Assembly (NCBI GenBank): GCA_035637235.1
Contig: DASPXO010000245.1
Span: 9,591-73,590 of the forward strand
Direction: 5' to 3'
Length of the DNA: 64,000 nucleotides
Source: Gemmatimonadales bacterium
Lineage (GTDB): Bacteria > Gemmatimonadota > Gemmatimonadetes > Gemmatimonadales > GWC2-71-9
The notes beneath the pieces are model-generated. The model saw only the letters and a list, made by a program, of their open reading frames with translations. It was not told the origin of the DNA and searched no databases. The translations under genes were made by a program, and so were the position numbers. Shown here in pieces: positions 34,556 through 43,189 of the stretch (the stretch's first letter is position 1; each line of letters opens with the position of its first letter).

Positions 34556-35485
34556 ATGACCGCCCCCGACTTCCTCGACCCGCGCCTCACCGAGCAGCGC
34601 AACCCCCGGACCGAGCGCATCGACGTCGCCTCGACGCTGGAGATCGTCGACCTCATCAATACGGAGGACGCGGGCGTTCCGGGGGCGGTGCGCGGGGTGC
34701 GCGAGGAGATCGCGCGCGCGGTCGACCTCGTGGTGGCGGCGTTCCGCCAGGGCGGCCGGCTGGTCTACGTGGGGGCCGGCACGTCGGGCCGGCTCGGCGT
34801 GTTGGATGCGAGCGAGTGCCCGCCGACGTTCGGGACGCCGCCCGAGATGGTGGTCGGCATCATCGCCGGCGGCTCCCAGGCGCTCGTGAAGGGCCTCGAG
34901 GGAGCGGAGGACGACGTGAACGCCGGCATGGGGGCGATGGACACGGCGCGCGTCGCGCCGCGGGACTTCGTGCTCGGCATCGCGGCGAGCGGCACCACCC
35001 CGTTCGTGCGCGCGGCGCTGTCCCGCGCGCAGACGATCGGCGCCGTCACGGGCCTTCTCTCCTGCTCCGATCCCCCCAAGCAGCTCGCCGAGACGTGCGA
35101 CGTGCTGATCCTGCCCAAGGTCGGGCCCGAGGTGCTCACCGGGTCCACGCGGATGAAGGCGGGGACGGCCACCAAGCTCGTGCTCAACATGGTGTCGACC
35201 GGCGCGATGATCCGGATGGGCCGGGCCTACGGCAACCTGATGGTGGACCTGATGGCGTGGAGCGACAAGCTGCGGGATCGCGGCGAGCGCATCGTCATGG
35301 AGTGCTGCGGCGTGGACCGCCGGACCGCGCGGCAGGCGATCGAGGCCGCGGCGGGCAGCGTAAAGCTCGCGCTCGTGATGGTCGCGCAAGGGGTAGGGAA
35401 GACGGAGGCCGGGCGGCTGCTCGAGCAGGCGGGCGGGTTCGTGCGCCGCGCCGTGGGCGATCCGCCGCCCGTCCGGTCCCCGTGA
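34556..35485 (+). CDS. murQ: N-acetylmuramic acid 6-phosphate etherase
   Basis: TEQRNPRT..ID, GAGTSGRLGVLDASECPPTFG (SIS domain) and GSTRMKAGTATKLVLNM motifs. Confidence 0.9.
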   Translation: MTAPDFLDPRLTEQRNPRTERIDVASTLEIVDLINTEDAGVPGAVRGVREEIARAVDLVVAAFRQGGRLVYVGAGTSGRLGVLDASECPPTFGTPPEMVVGIIAGGSQALVKGLEGAEDDVNAGMGAMDTARVAPRDFVLGIAASGTTPFVRAALSRAQTIGAVTGLLSCSDPPKQLAETCDVLILPKVGPEVLTGSTRMKAGTATKLVLNMVSTGAMIRMGRAYGNLMVDLMAWSDKLRDRGERIVMECCGVDRRTARQAIEAAAGSVKLALVMVAQGVGKTEAGRLLEQAGGFVRRAVGDPPPVRSP

Positions 35486-36603
35486 CTGGCTGTCTCGCCG
35501 TCGGGCTGATGTCGGGCACGTCGCTCGACGGGGTCTCGACGGCGCTCGTGCGGCTGAGCGACGAGCCCCTGGACGTGCAGCTCGTCGCCTTCCGCCAGGA
35601 GCCTTACGCGAGGCACGAGCGCGGGCAGATCATCGACGCCATCGCCCGTGGGGGCTCGAAGGACTTGGCACTCCTGCATGTCGCGCTCGGCGAGCGATTC
35701 GCGGGCGCGGTGCTGGAGCTGCTCGCGCAGGCGAAGCTCGCTCCCAAAGACATCGCGTTCATCGCGTCGCACGGCCAGACGATCTGGCACGAGCCCGGTC
35801 GCGCCACGCTGCAACTCGGCGACCCGGCGGTGATCGCCGAGCGCGTGACGGCCCGCGTGGTGAGTGATTTCCGCTCGCGCGACGTGGCCGCGGGCGGGCA
35901 GGGGGCGCCGCTCGTGCCGCTCGCGGACGTCATGCTGTTCGGCCACCCGCAGCACGGCCGGCTGCTCCTCAACGTCGGCGGGATGGCGAACGTCACCTGG
36001 GTGCCGCGCCGGGGCGTGACGGACGGGGCGATCGCCTTCGATACCGGTCCTGGTGTCGCCGTGATCGACGCGGTGACCCGCCGGGTCGATCCGGAGGCGC
36101 CGTACGACCTGGACGGCGAGCGGGCGCGGCGCGGGAAGCCGCTGATGCAGGCGCTGGAGGCGCTCCTCGCCGATCCCTACTTCGAGCAGCGCCCACCCAA
36201 GAGCACGGGGCGGGAGCGCTTCGGGCTCGACTTCGCCGAGCGGCTGGTCGCGCTCGCGGAGCAGGGGGGCGGCTCCGACAATGACATGGTGGCGACGGCC
36301 ACCGCACTGACGGCCGAAACCATCGCCCGGGGCATCGAGCGCTGGACGCCCGCGGACACGGGGACCGAGCTGGTGATCTCGGGAGGCGGAGCCCGCAACC
36401 CGATGCTAGTCGAGCTGCTCGCCGCCCGCGTGCGCCCCCGGCCGGTGCTGGCGTTCGACCGGCTGTTCTTCGACGGCGAGGCGAAGGAAGCGGTGGTGTT
36501 CGCGTTTCTCGGCTACCTCACCCTGCAGGGACGGGCGGGGAACCTGCCGGCGGCGACGGGTGCCCGTGGCCCACGGGTCCTCGGCCACGTCACCCCGGCG
36601 TGA
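35482..36603 (+). CDS. anmK: Anhydro-N-acetylmuramic acid kinase
   Basis: GLMSGTSLDGV N-terminus, SHGQTIWH, NVGGMAN and GGGARNP motifs. GTGA overlap with the murQ stop. Confidence 0.88.
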   Translation: MTGCLAVGLMSGTSLDGVSTALVRLSDEPLDVQLVAFRQEPYARHERGQIIDAIARGGSKDLALLHVALGERFAGAVLELLAQAKLAPKDIAFIASHGQTIWHEPGRATLQLGDPAVIAERVTARVVSDFRSRDVAAGGQGAPLVPLADVMLFGHPQHGRLLLNVGGMANVTWVPRRGVTDGAIAFDTGPGVAVIDAVTRRVDPEAPYDLDGERARRGKPLMQALEALLADPYFEQRPPKSTGRERFGLDFAERLVALAEQGGGSDNDMVATATALTAETIARGIERWTPADTGTELVISGGGARNPMLVELLAARVRPRPVLAFDRLFFDGEAKEAVVFAFLGYLTLQGRAGNLPAATGARGPRVLGHVTPA

Positions 36604-38039
36604 CCAACCCGCTCGCCTCGCTCGTGTTCCCCGCGCTGCGCTGGCGGCGCGAGAGCTTCGACCACGAGCAGCCGAAGATCGACGCGGCGCTGGCGGCGGG
36701 GGTCGGCGGGTTCATCATCTTCGGGGGGACGCGCGCGACGGTCACCGCCCTCACGGGCGAGCTGCGCCGCCAGGCGGGACGGCCGCTCCTCATCGGGGCC
36801 GATCTCGAGCGCGGCGCCGCGCAGCAGGTGCAGGGGCTCACCGAGCTCCCACCCCCCGCCGCCCTGGGATTCCTCGACGACCTCGACGCGACCCACGCGG
36901 CCGGACTCATCACCGCGCGGGAAGCGCTCGACGTCGGCATCAACTGGGCGTTCGCGCCCGTGTGCGACCTCGACCTGGAGCCGCGGAACCCCATCGTGCA
37001 GACCCGCTCCTTCGGCGCGGACCCCGGGCGCGTGGGCGCGCACGCGGCGGTGTGGGTCCGCGGGCTCCAGGAGCACGGCGTCCTTGGCTGCGCCAAGCAT
37101 TATCCCGGCCACGGGCGCACCACCCGGGACTCGCACGAGACGCTGCCGCGGGTCACCACGCCCGCCGCCCTACTCCAGCAGGTGGACGTCGCCCCCTTTG
37201 AATACGCGATCCGGGCGGGCGTGGGAAGCGTGATGAGCGCGTTCGTCGCGTTTCCCGGCTGGGATCCATCCGGCCGGGCGGCGGGCTTCTCGCCGGAGAT
37301 CCTGGGCTATCTCCGCGACCCGCTCGACTTCGCCGGCCTCCTGGTGAGCGACGCGCTCATCATGGCGGGCGCGAGCGCCGCCCAGCCGGTTCCCGCCGCC
37401 ACGGTGACCGCGATCGCCGCGGGGTGCGACGCGCTGCTCTATCCCGAGGACTTCCGGAGCGTCGTGCGCGCGCTGGATCGCGCCGCCGGCTCCGAGATCC
37501 CGACCGCGCGCGTGGACGAGGCGCTGGCACGCTACGAGGACGCCCTCGCGGCCTGGGGTGCGGGCGCCGGCCAGGGTGCGCCGGATCTCGCGGCCCACGC
37601 CGCCTTCGCCGACGCGCTCGCCGATCGCGCGGTGCATCTGGTCCGCGGTGAGACGCCGGCGGTCCGCGCGCCCCTCGCCGTGTCGATCGTGGACGACGAC
37701 GTGGGCGGGCCGTACACCGTAGGGCCACGGGACGTTTTCACGCAGCAGCTCCGCGATGCCGGCGTTCCCGTTGCAACCGGGCAGCGGACACCGAGCACCG
37801 GTCACCGGGTGGTCCTCGTCTACGCCGAGCCGCGGTCGTGGAAAGGGCGGGCGAACCTCGGAGCCGGTTCCCTCGCCGCCCTGCGGCGGCGCGCGCCCGG
37901 GGCCGGGCTGGTCGTCCTGTTCGCGCACCCGCGGCTCGCGGCGCAGATCCCGGGACGGGCGCCGATCCTCTGCGGCTGGCACGGGCAGCCGCTGCTGCAG
38001 CGAGCCGCAGCGAGACGTCTCATGACGTGGTTGAGCTGA
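36600..38039 (+). CDS. nagZ: Beta-N-acetylhexosaminidase, glycoside hydrolase family 3 (NagZ-like)
   Basis: GGFIIFGG, NWAFAPVCDL, KHYPGHG and SDAL.M motifs. GTGA overlap with the anmK stop. Confidence 0.8.
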   Translation: MTNPLASLVFPALRWRRESFDHEQPKIDAALAAGVGGFIIFGGTRATVTALTGELRRQAGRPLLIGADLERGAAQQVQGLTELPPPAALGFLDDLDATHAAGLITAREALDVGINWAFAPVCDLDLEPRNPIVQTRSFGADPGRVGAHAAVWVRGLQEHGVLGCAKHYPGHGRTTRDSHETLPRVTTPAALLQQVDVAPFEYAIRAGVGSVMSAFVAFPGWDPSGRAAGFSPEILGYLRDPLDFAGLLVSDALIMAGASAAQPVPAATVTAIAAGCDALLYPEDFRSVVRALDRAAGSEIPTARVDEALARYEDALAAWGAGAGQGAPDLAAHAAFADALADRAVHLVRGETPAVRAPLAVSIVDDDVGGPYTVGPRDVFTQQLRDAGVPVATGQRTPSTGHRVVLVYAEPRSWKGRANLGAGSLAALRRRAPGAGLVVLFAHPRLAAQIPGRAPILCGWHGQPLLQRAAARRLMTWLS

Positions 38040-38097
38040 GGTCGCGGGCGAATTCCGCGCGCCGACGTTGGCGGCGACGGGTTCTGCGGGACGTCGT

Positions 38098-39477
38098 CTA
38101 TTTCACGAGCAGCCGGTCCAAGTACGCGACAACGTGGGCCGCGGGTACGCCGTAGATGATCCTCCCCTGCGACTCGCGGTTCCCGCCGTACAGCACTGCC
38201 ACCACACGCCCTTCGCGGTCGAAGATCGGGCTGCCCGATGAGCCCGGCGCCCCGTAGCCGTCCACCTGCACCACGTGGGGCAGCACCTTGCTCACCGTGC
38301 CGACGGTGAGCGTGGGGTCCGCCACCGCGGTCCGTCCCCGCTGTTCCATCGGGAGGTCCTCGCCCAGGGGGTAGCCGATGATGGCCACGGGATCGCCGCG
38401 CTCGAGGCCGTGGAGGTCGCGGGCGAAGCCGACCACTCGCGGCGTGCCGCCCCGGATCGCCACCCTCAGCACGCCGACGTCGGTCGTGTCGGCGGCGCCC
38501 ACGAACTGCGCCGGGAACCACTGCTCGCTGCCGGAGAACTTCACGGCGATGGCCTCGGGGCGACGGTCCCCCTGCTCGCCCGCCAGCACGTGCTTGTTGG
38601 TGACGAGCGTGCCCCCCGAGTCCACGGCGAAGGCGGTCCCGCCGACGATCTCGGCGTCCGAGAACTTGATGACCAGCAGCGCGACGGCGTCCTGGTTCCG
38701 TTGCGCGATGGACCGGTAGTCCACCGTCGCGGCGCCGGCGAGCCCGCGCTGACGCGCCTCGGCGGCGTCGAGCCGGGAGCGCAGCCGGGCCACGGAGCCC
38801 GCCGCGCCGCTGGAGCGCGCCGCCGCGAGCTCGCTGCGCAACCGAGCGACCTCGGCCTGCGACTGCTCGAGCACGCTTCGCAGGTTCGCCAGCTCCGCCT
38901 GGAAGCGCGACAGCAGCTGTTGTGTCCCGCGGGTGAGGCGGTCGGCGCGAGACTGCAGCCCGGCGACCGCGCGCGCGTCCCGGGCGCGCTGCCACTGGTC
39001 CCAGCCGAGGCCCACCAGCGCGACCGCCAGCAGGCCGACGAGCAGCTTGGTCGCGCGCCGCAGCCCTCGCGTCTGGCGCGCCACCTCCGCCGCGATCCGG
39101 AGCGCGGTGCTCGAGCGCCGCGGCGCCGCGACCGCCGGCGGCATCGCCTGGTCCGCGCCGGTCTCCGCGAGCACGATGCGGAACTCCACGGCGGGCCCCG
39201 TCTGCCCGAAGCCGATCACGTCGCCATCCTGTAGCTCGGCGTCGCCCGTGATGCGCTGGCCGTTGACGAAGGTCCCGTTCTTCGAGCCCAGATCGCGCAC
39301 GATGAAGCTGTCGGCCTGGCGCAGGATCGCGGCGTGGCGCGATGAGACATCGAGGTCCCGGTCCGCGTCGAAGTGGACGTCGGACAGGGGGTGGCGGCCG
39401 AGTTCGATGTACGGCTTGCGGAACGTCTCGACCTGACCGGCGCGCGCCCCCGACTGGAACGTGAACCGGACGGTCAC
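38098..39477 (-). CDS. FHA domain / single TM / coiled coil / trypsin-like (S1) serine protease fusion protein
   Basis: N-terminal FHA (GR....D......VSRHHA-like VSSRHAAI, DLGSKNGTFVNG). TM segment LLVGLLAVALVGLGW. Heptad-rich Arg/Leu/Ala segment. Protease triad candidates TNKHV, DVGVLRV and GAPGSSGSP. GTG start in a GTGA overlap with the PP2C stop. Confidence 0.8.
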   Translation of the reverse strand: MTVRFTFQSGARAGQVETFRKPYIELGRHPLSDVHFDADRDLDVSSRHAAILRQADSFIVRDLGSKNGTFVNGQRITGDAELQDGDVIGFGQTGPAVEFRIVLAETGADQAMPPAVAAPRRSSTALRIAAEVARQTRGLRRATKLLVGLLAVALVGLGWDQWQRARDARAVAGLQSRADRLTRGTQQLLSRFQAELANLRSVLEQSQAEVARLRSELAAARSSGAAGSVARLRSRLDAAEARQRGLAGAATVDYRSIAQRNQDAVALLVIKFSDAEIVGGTAFAVDSGGTLVTNKHVLAGEQGDRRPEAIAVKFSGSEQWFPAQFVGAADTTDVGVLRVAIRGGTPRVVGFARDLHGLERGDPVAIIGYPLGEDLPMEQRGRTAVADPTLTVGTVSKVLPHVVQVDGYGAPGSSGSPIFDREGRVVAVLYGGNRESQGRIIYGVPAAHVVAYLDRLLVK

Positions 39478-40505
39478 GGGCTCCGTGTGGCGAGGTAGAG
39501 CGCGACGGCGATTGCCGCCGCGGCGAGCAGGGCCACCGCGAGGACCCGCGAGCGCGCCGCCTTCGCGGGCACCGGCGGGCGGCTCCCCTTGTAGACGGGC
39601 ACCGGCTCCGTGCTCGTCTCGGTGTCGATCAGAGGGTAGATCTGGTGGCCCACGTCCTCGCTCGCCGCGGCGGCGGGCAACGCGTCTCCCTGGAACCGCG
39701 CGATGACGACGGTGATGTTGTCGGGGCCGCCGCGTTCGTTGGCGAGTGCAATCAACCGCTCGCAGGCGGCCCGCAGATCCCGCTCGCCGCTCGCGACCGC
39801 GGCGATCTCTTCCTTCTTAACCTGGCCGGAGAGGCCGTCGGAGCAGAGCACCAGCATGTCGCCCCGGCGGACCGCCTCGTGCGTGAGGACCACGTTCACC
39901 TTCGGATCCGGGCCCAGGGCCTGGAGGATGATGTTCCTCCGCTCGCTGTGGGCGGCCTCTTCCTCGGTCAGCTCACCCGCCTCCACCAGGCGCTGCATGA
40001 GCGACTGGTCCTTCGTGAGCTGGAACGCCCGGCCGTCGCGGACCAGATAGGCGCGGCTGTCGCCGACCTGCGTGAGGTAGAGGTGGTCGCCCAGCACCCC
40101 GACCGCGGTGGTCGTGGTGCCCATCCCGCGCAGCTCCGGGTGCGTCTTCGCATGCGCGTGAATGCGGGCGTTCGCGGCCTCGACCGCCTCCTTCAGCCGA
40201 TAGGCGAATCGCTGCGGCGTCGCTTGCCGTTCGGCCGTCCACACGCGGGCCATCTGGTCGTAGATCGTCTCGGTGGCCATCTCGCTCGCCAGTTCCCCCG
40301 CCGCGGCCCCACCCATCCCGTCGGCCACGATGAACAGGGATCCCCGCTCGCCCACCTCGTGCTCGCGCACCGCCGGCTGGAGCGACGCCTCCCGGTGCGT
40401 CAGGTCCGCGACGAGGAAGCGGTCCTCGTTGTGGTCGCGCGTGCGGCCGCGGTCGGTCTTGGCGAAGACCTGGACTCGAACCGGTTTGGGCGAGCGTCCG
40501 AACAC
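39474..40505 (-). CDS. PP2C-family Ser/Thr phosphatase with a C-terminal TM anchor
   Basis: TDRGRTRDHNEDRF, VADGMGG, LCSDGL and GGPDNITVV motifs. C-terminal VLAVALLAAAAIAVALYL. GTG start at 40505, 1 nt after the kinase TAG. Confidence 0.85.
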   Translation of the reverse strand: MFGRSPKPVRVQVFAKTDRGRTRDHNEDRFLVADLTHREASLQPAVREHEVGERGSLFIVADGMGGAAAGELASEMATETIYDQMARVWTAERQATPQRFAYRLKEAVEAANARIHAHAKTHPELRGMGTTTTAVGVLGDHLYLTQVGDSRAYLVRDGRAFQLTKDQSLMQRLVEAGELTEEEAAHSERRNIILQALGPDPKVNVVLTHEAVRRGDMLVLCSDGLSGQVKKEEIAAVASGERDLRAACERLIALANERGGPDNITVVIARFQGDALPAAAASEDVGHQIYPLIDTETSTEPVPVYKGSRPPVPAKAARSRVLAVALLAAAAIAVALYLATRSP

Positions 40506-40506
40506 G

Positions 40507-42048
40507 CTAGGGGCAGCCCTGATCGCGCTTGAACGTGAGGTAGCTCTCGTTGGCCGGCGCCAACCCCAGGGCGAGCCCGTTCCAGCGACAGGCTTCCTCC
40601 TTGTGCCGCTCGATGAACAACCCTTGCGCCACCATGAACGCGGCCTGGGCGCGGAGCCGCGTCGGGACGTCGGAGTTGTTGTAATACATCGTCGCCCGAC
40701 GGCGCCCGTCCTCCGCCGTGGCCGGATCCAGCACGAGTTCGACGATGCTCCCGAGGTCTCGATCGACGGCCGCGCTGTCCACGTGCTGCGGCGCGGTCGC
40801 GATGCGCTGCCGGGCGGGGGACGGCGTCGCCCGCAGCGGTCGCTCTGCGCCCTCCACCGGATTGCCGCCGACCCGTGTCGTCGTGTCGGGGCGGGCGGCG
40901 CCGTCGGTCTGCCGGCCCCCGCCCAACACCGCCACCGCAGCCCCGCCGCCGCCCAGGACCGCGACGGCACCCAGGATGATCGGCACGCGGGAGCGGCGGC
41001 GCGTGGCCGAGTCCGGACGGGGCGCGGGGCGCTCGAGCACCTGCGTCTTCTCCTCGCCCCCGCGCGTCGTGGGGAGGGGAGCAAGCGGCCCGACCCCGCG
41101 CTGCAGGCCGGCGACGCTCGCCACGTCGTTGACGAATTTGGCGACTGATTGATAGCGCTCCGCGGGACTGCGCGTGAGCGCGGCGTCGATCGTCTGCTGG
41201 AGGCCCGGGGGAAAGCGCAGGTCGGGCCGCGCCGCACCCAGCGGGAGCGGCTCGTCGGTGAGGCGCTTGAGCATCGTCTCCTGCACCGTGGTTGCCTCGA
41301 ATGGCAGCGTCCCCGTCAGCATCTTGTACAGCACGAGCGCGAGCGAGTAGATGTCGCTCCGCCCGTCGACCTTGTCACCCGAGAGCTGCTCCGGGCTCAT
41401 GAACTCCGGGGTCCCCACGACGAGGCCGGTCCTCGTCACCATCTGGCTGGCGTCGCCGCCCACCGCTTTCGCGATCCCGAAGTCCACGACCTTCACCAGG
41501 TCGGACCCGTCGCGCCCGCGGGAGAGCATGATGTTATCGGGCTTCAGGTCCCGGTGCACGATCCCGAGGTCGTGCGCCGCCTGCAGAGCGCCCCCCACCT
41601 GGACGAAGGCGGCGACCGAGCGGGCGACCGGCAGCACGCCCTCGCGCTGGAGCACGTCGGTGAGCGACTCGCCCTCGATGAACTCCATGGCCAGGTAGAT
41701 GAGCCCCTCGGGTGTTTCGCCGAAGTCGTAGACCGCGCAGACGTTGGGATGCGTGATGCGGCTGGCGTTCGCGGCCTCACGGTTGAAGCGCGCCACCGCG
41801 TCCGGGTCGTGCACCAGCGCGCGCTTCATGACCTTGATGGCGCTCTTTCGGCCCATCTTCACGTGCTCGCCGAGGTACACCTGGCCCATCCCGCCTTCGC
41901 CGACCTTCTTCAGCACGTGGTAGCGGTCCGCCACCACCTGCCCGACGAGGTCGTCGGGCGGCGACGCGGCGCGCAACGTCTGGCCGTCGCTGGGGCAGAA
42001 GCGCACGTCGTCGGGGTACTGGGTCGAGCAGACGGGGCAGATCTTCAC
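40507..42048 (-). CDS. Hanks-type Ser/Thr protein kinase with an N-terminal zinc ribbon, a TM segment and a ~110-aa C-terminal outer domain
   Basis: CPVCS...FCPSDG; GEGGMGQVY, AIKV, HRDLKPDN, DFGIAK and SPEQ motifs. TM PIILGAVAVLGGGGAAVAVLGG. GTGA overlap with the upstream stop. Confidence 0.9.
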   Translation of the reverse strand: MKICPVCSTQYPDDVRFCPSDGQTLRAASPPDDLVGQVVADRYHVLKKVGEGGMGQVYLGEHVKMGRKSAIKVMKRALVHDPDAVARFNREAANASRITHPNVCAVYDFGETPEGLIYLAMEFIEGESLTDVLQREGVLPVARSVAAFVQVGGALQAAHDLGIVHRDLKPDNIMLSRGRDGSDLVKVVDFGIAKAVGGDASQMVTRTGLVVGTPEFMSPEQLSGDKVDGRSDIYSLALVLYKMLTGTLPFEATTVQETMLKRLTDEPLPLGAARPDLRFPPGLQQTIDAALTRSPAERYQSVAKFVNDVASVAGLQRGVGPLAPLPTTRGGEEKTQVLERPAPRPDSATRRRSRVPIILGAVAVLGGGGAAVAVLGGGRQTDGAARPDTTTRVGGNPVEGAERPLRATPSPARQRIATAPQHVDSAAVDRDLGSIVELVLDPATAEDGRRRATMYYNNSDVPTRLRAQAAFMVAQGLFIERHKEEACRWNGLALGLAPANESYLTFKRDQGCP

Positions 42049-43103
42049 GCCGGGATCTCGACGCGCAGCAGCTTGTCGCCGACCAGGATCCGCGAGCCGT
42101 GGCGCAGGGGGATGTCGCCGCGCGCGGCGAGCGCGATACCGTTGCGACTGTTCGCGTCCACGACCACGAAGTCGGCGTCCTGGGAGCGGACGGTCGCGTG
42201 GCGCGCGCTCATCGACGGATCGTACGAGAAGGTCCAATCACCCTGCTCGCGGCCGATCGCGATGTCGCGGCCGGGGGAGAGCTGGACCACGTCCCGGGCG
42301 CTGCCGTCGGAGCGCAGCTGGGTGAGGCTCGCGATGTCGGCGCTGGGAATCAGGCTGCCTATGCGCTTGGTCTGGTCGGCGTCCGGGGCGTGCGGCCCGG
42401 GATACCCGAGGCGGCGGAAGCGGATCACCTGGGAGCCGACCAGCAGCAGGTCGCCCTCCACGAGACGGTGCGGCGCCTCGAGGAACACCCAGGTCCCGTT
42501 CCGGCTGCCGAGGTCGCGCACCACGAGCGCCTCCCGCTCCCACGAGAGCTTCGCGTGCAGCGGGGAAAGGAACACGTCGTCGGGGAAGCGGATGTCGCCC
42601 TCCTGCCGGCCGATCGTCGTGTCGGAGGCGTGACGCTCGAAGCGTTGGGTCGGGTTGCCACGGTCGTCGAGCAGCACGAGGACCAGCGTCGCGCCGGCTC
42701 GCTGGCTCGACGGGCCTTGGGACGCGGCGCGCCGCAGGCCGGCTGTGTCGCCGAGCAGCCCCCCGCACGTCGCGCAGTACTTCACCCCCGCCGGGACCGC
42801 TGATCCGCAGCGACCGCAGCACGGCCCGGAGCCGGGCGCGGTCAGCCGCCGGCCACAGTGGGGGCAGAAGGGAAGCAGCCCGTTGGCAGGGCTGCCGCAG
42901 AACGGGCAGGTGACGGCCTCGGGGTTTCTGGCGCCCACCGGCCGTGGCGCCGCAACCCGCGTGCCAGGCACTGCACGGCCCGCCGCCGCGGGTGCCACCG
43001 CTGCGGCCTTGGATCCCGTGGCCTGGCGCATGGGTTTGCCGCAATCCATACAGAACCGGGCGCCGGGGTCGTTGTCGCGGCCGCAGGAGGCGCAGGCCGT
43101 CAC
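42045..43103 (-). CDS. Triple zinc-ribbon, double FHA-domain protein
   Basis: CASCG..FCMDCG, CPFCG..FCPHCG and CGRCG..YCATCG, then two FHA-like modules (IGRQEGDIRF...SPLHAKL...DLGSRNGTWV, and IGREQGDW....MSARHATV....DANSRNGI). Confidence 0.8.
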   Translation of the reverse strand: MTACASCGRDNDPGARFCMDCGKPMRQATGSKAAAVAPAAAGRAVPGTRVAAPRPVGARNPEAVTCPFCGSPANGLLPFCPHCGRRLTAPGSGPCCGRCGSAVPAGVKYCATCGGLLGDTAGLRRAASQGPSSQRAGATLVLVLLDDRGNPTQRFERHASDTTIGRQEGDIRFPDDVFLSPLHAKLSWEREALVVRDLGSRNGTWVFLEAPHRLVEGDLLLVGSQVIRFRRLGYPGPHAPDADQTKRIGSLIPSADIASLTQLRSDGSARDVVQLSPGRDIAIGREQGDWTFSYDPSMSARHATVRSQDADFVVVDANSRNGIALAARGDIPLRHGSRILVGDKLLRVEIPA

Positions 43104-43159
43104 TAAAGGAGGTGCTCCACAAGCGAGCGAAGTTACGGTGTGCCAATCTATTCAGCAAA

Positions 43160-43189
43160 TTGACGGGTTGAAAGGGCCAATGCTAGCTT
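43160..43189 (+). promoter_or_regulatory. Putative promoter TTGACG-18-TAGCTT overlapping the annotated amidase ATG
   Basis: Counted directly. If it is real, transcription would begin about 43195-43198 and the GTG at 43198 would be a leaderless start. Confidence 0.3.
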
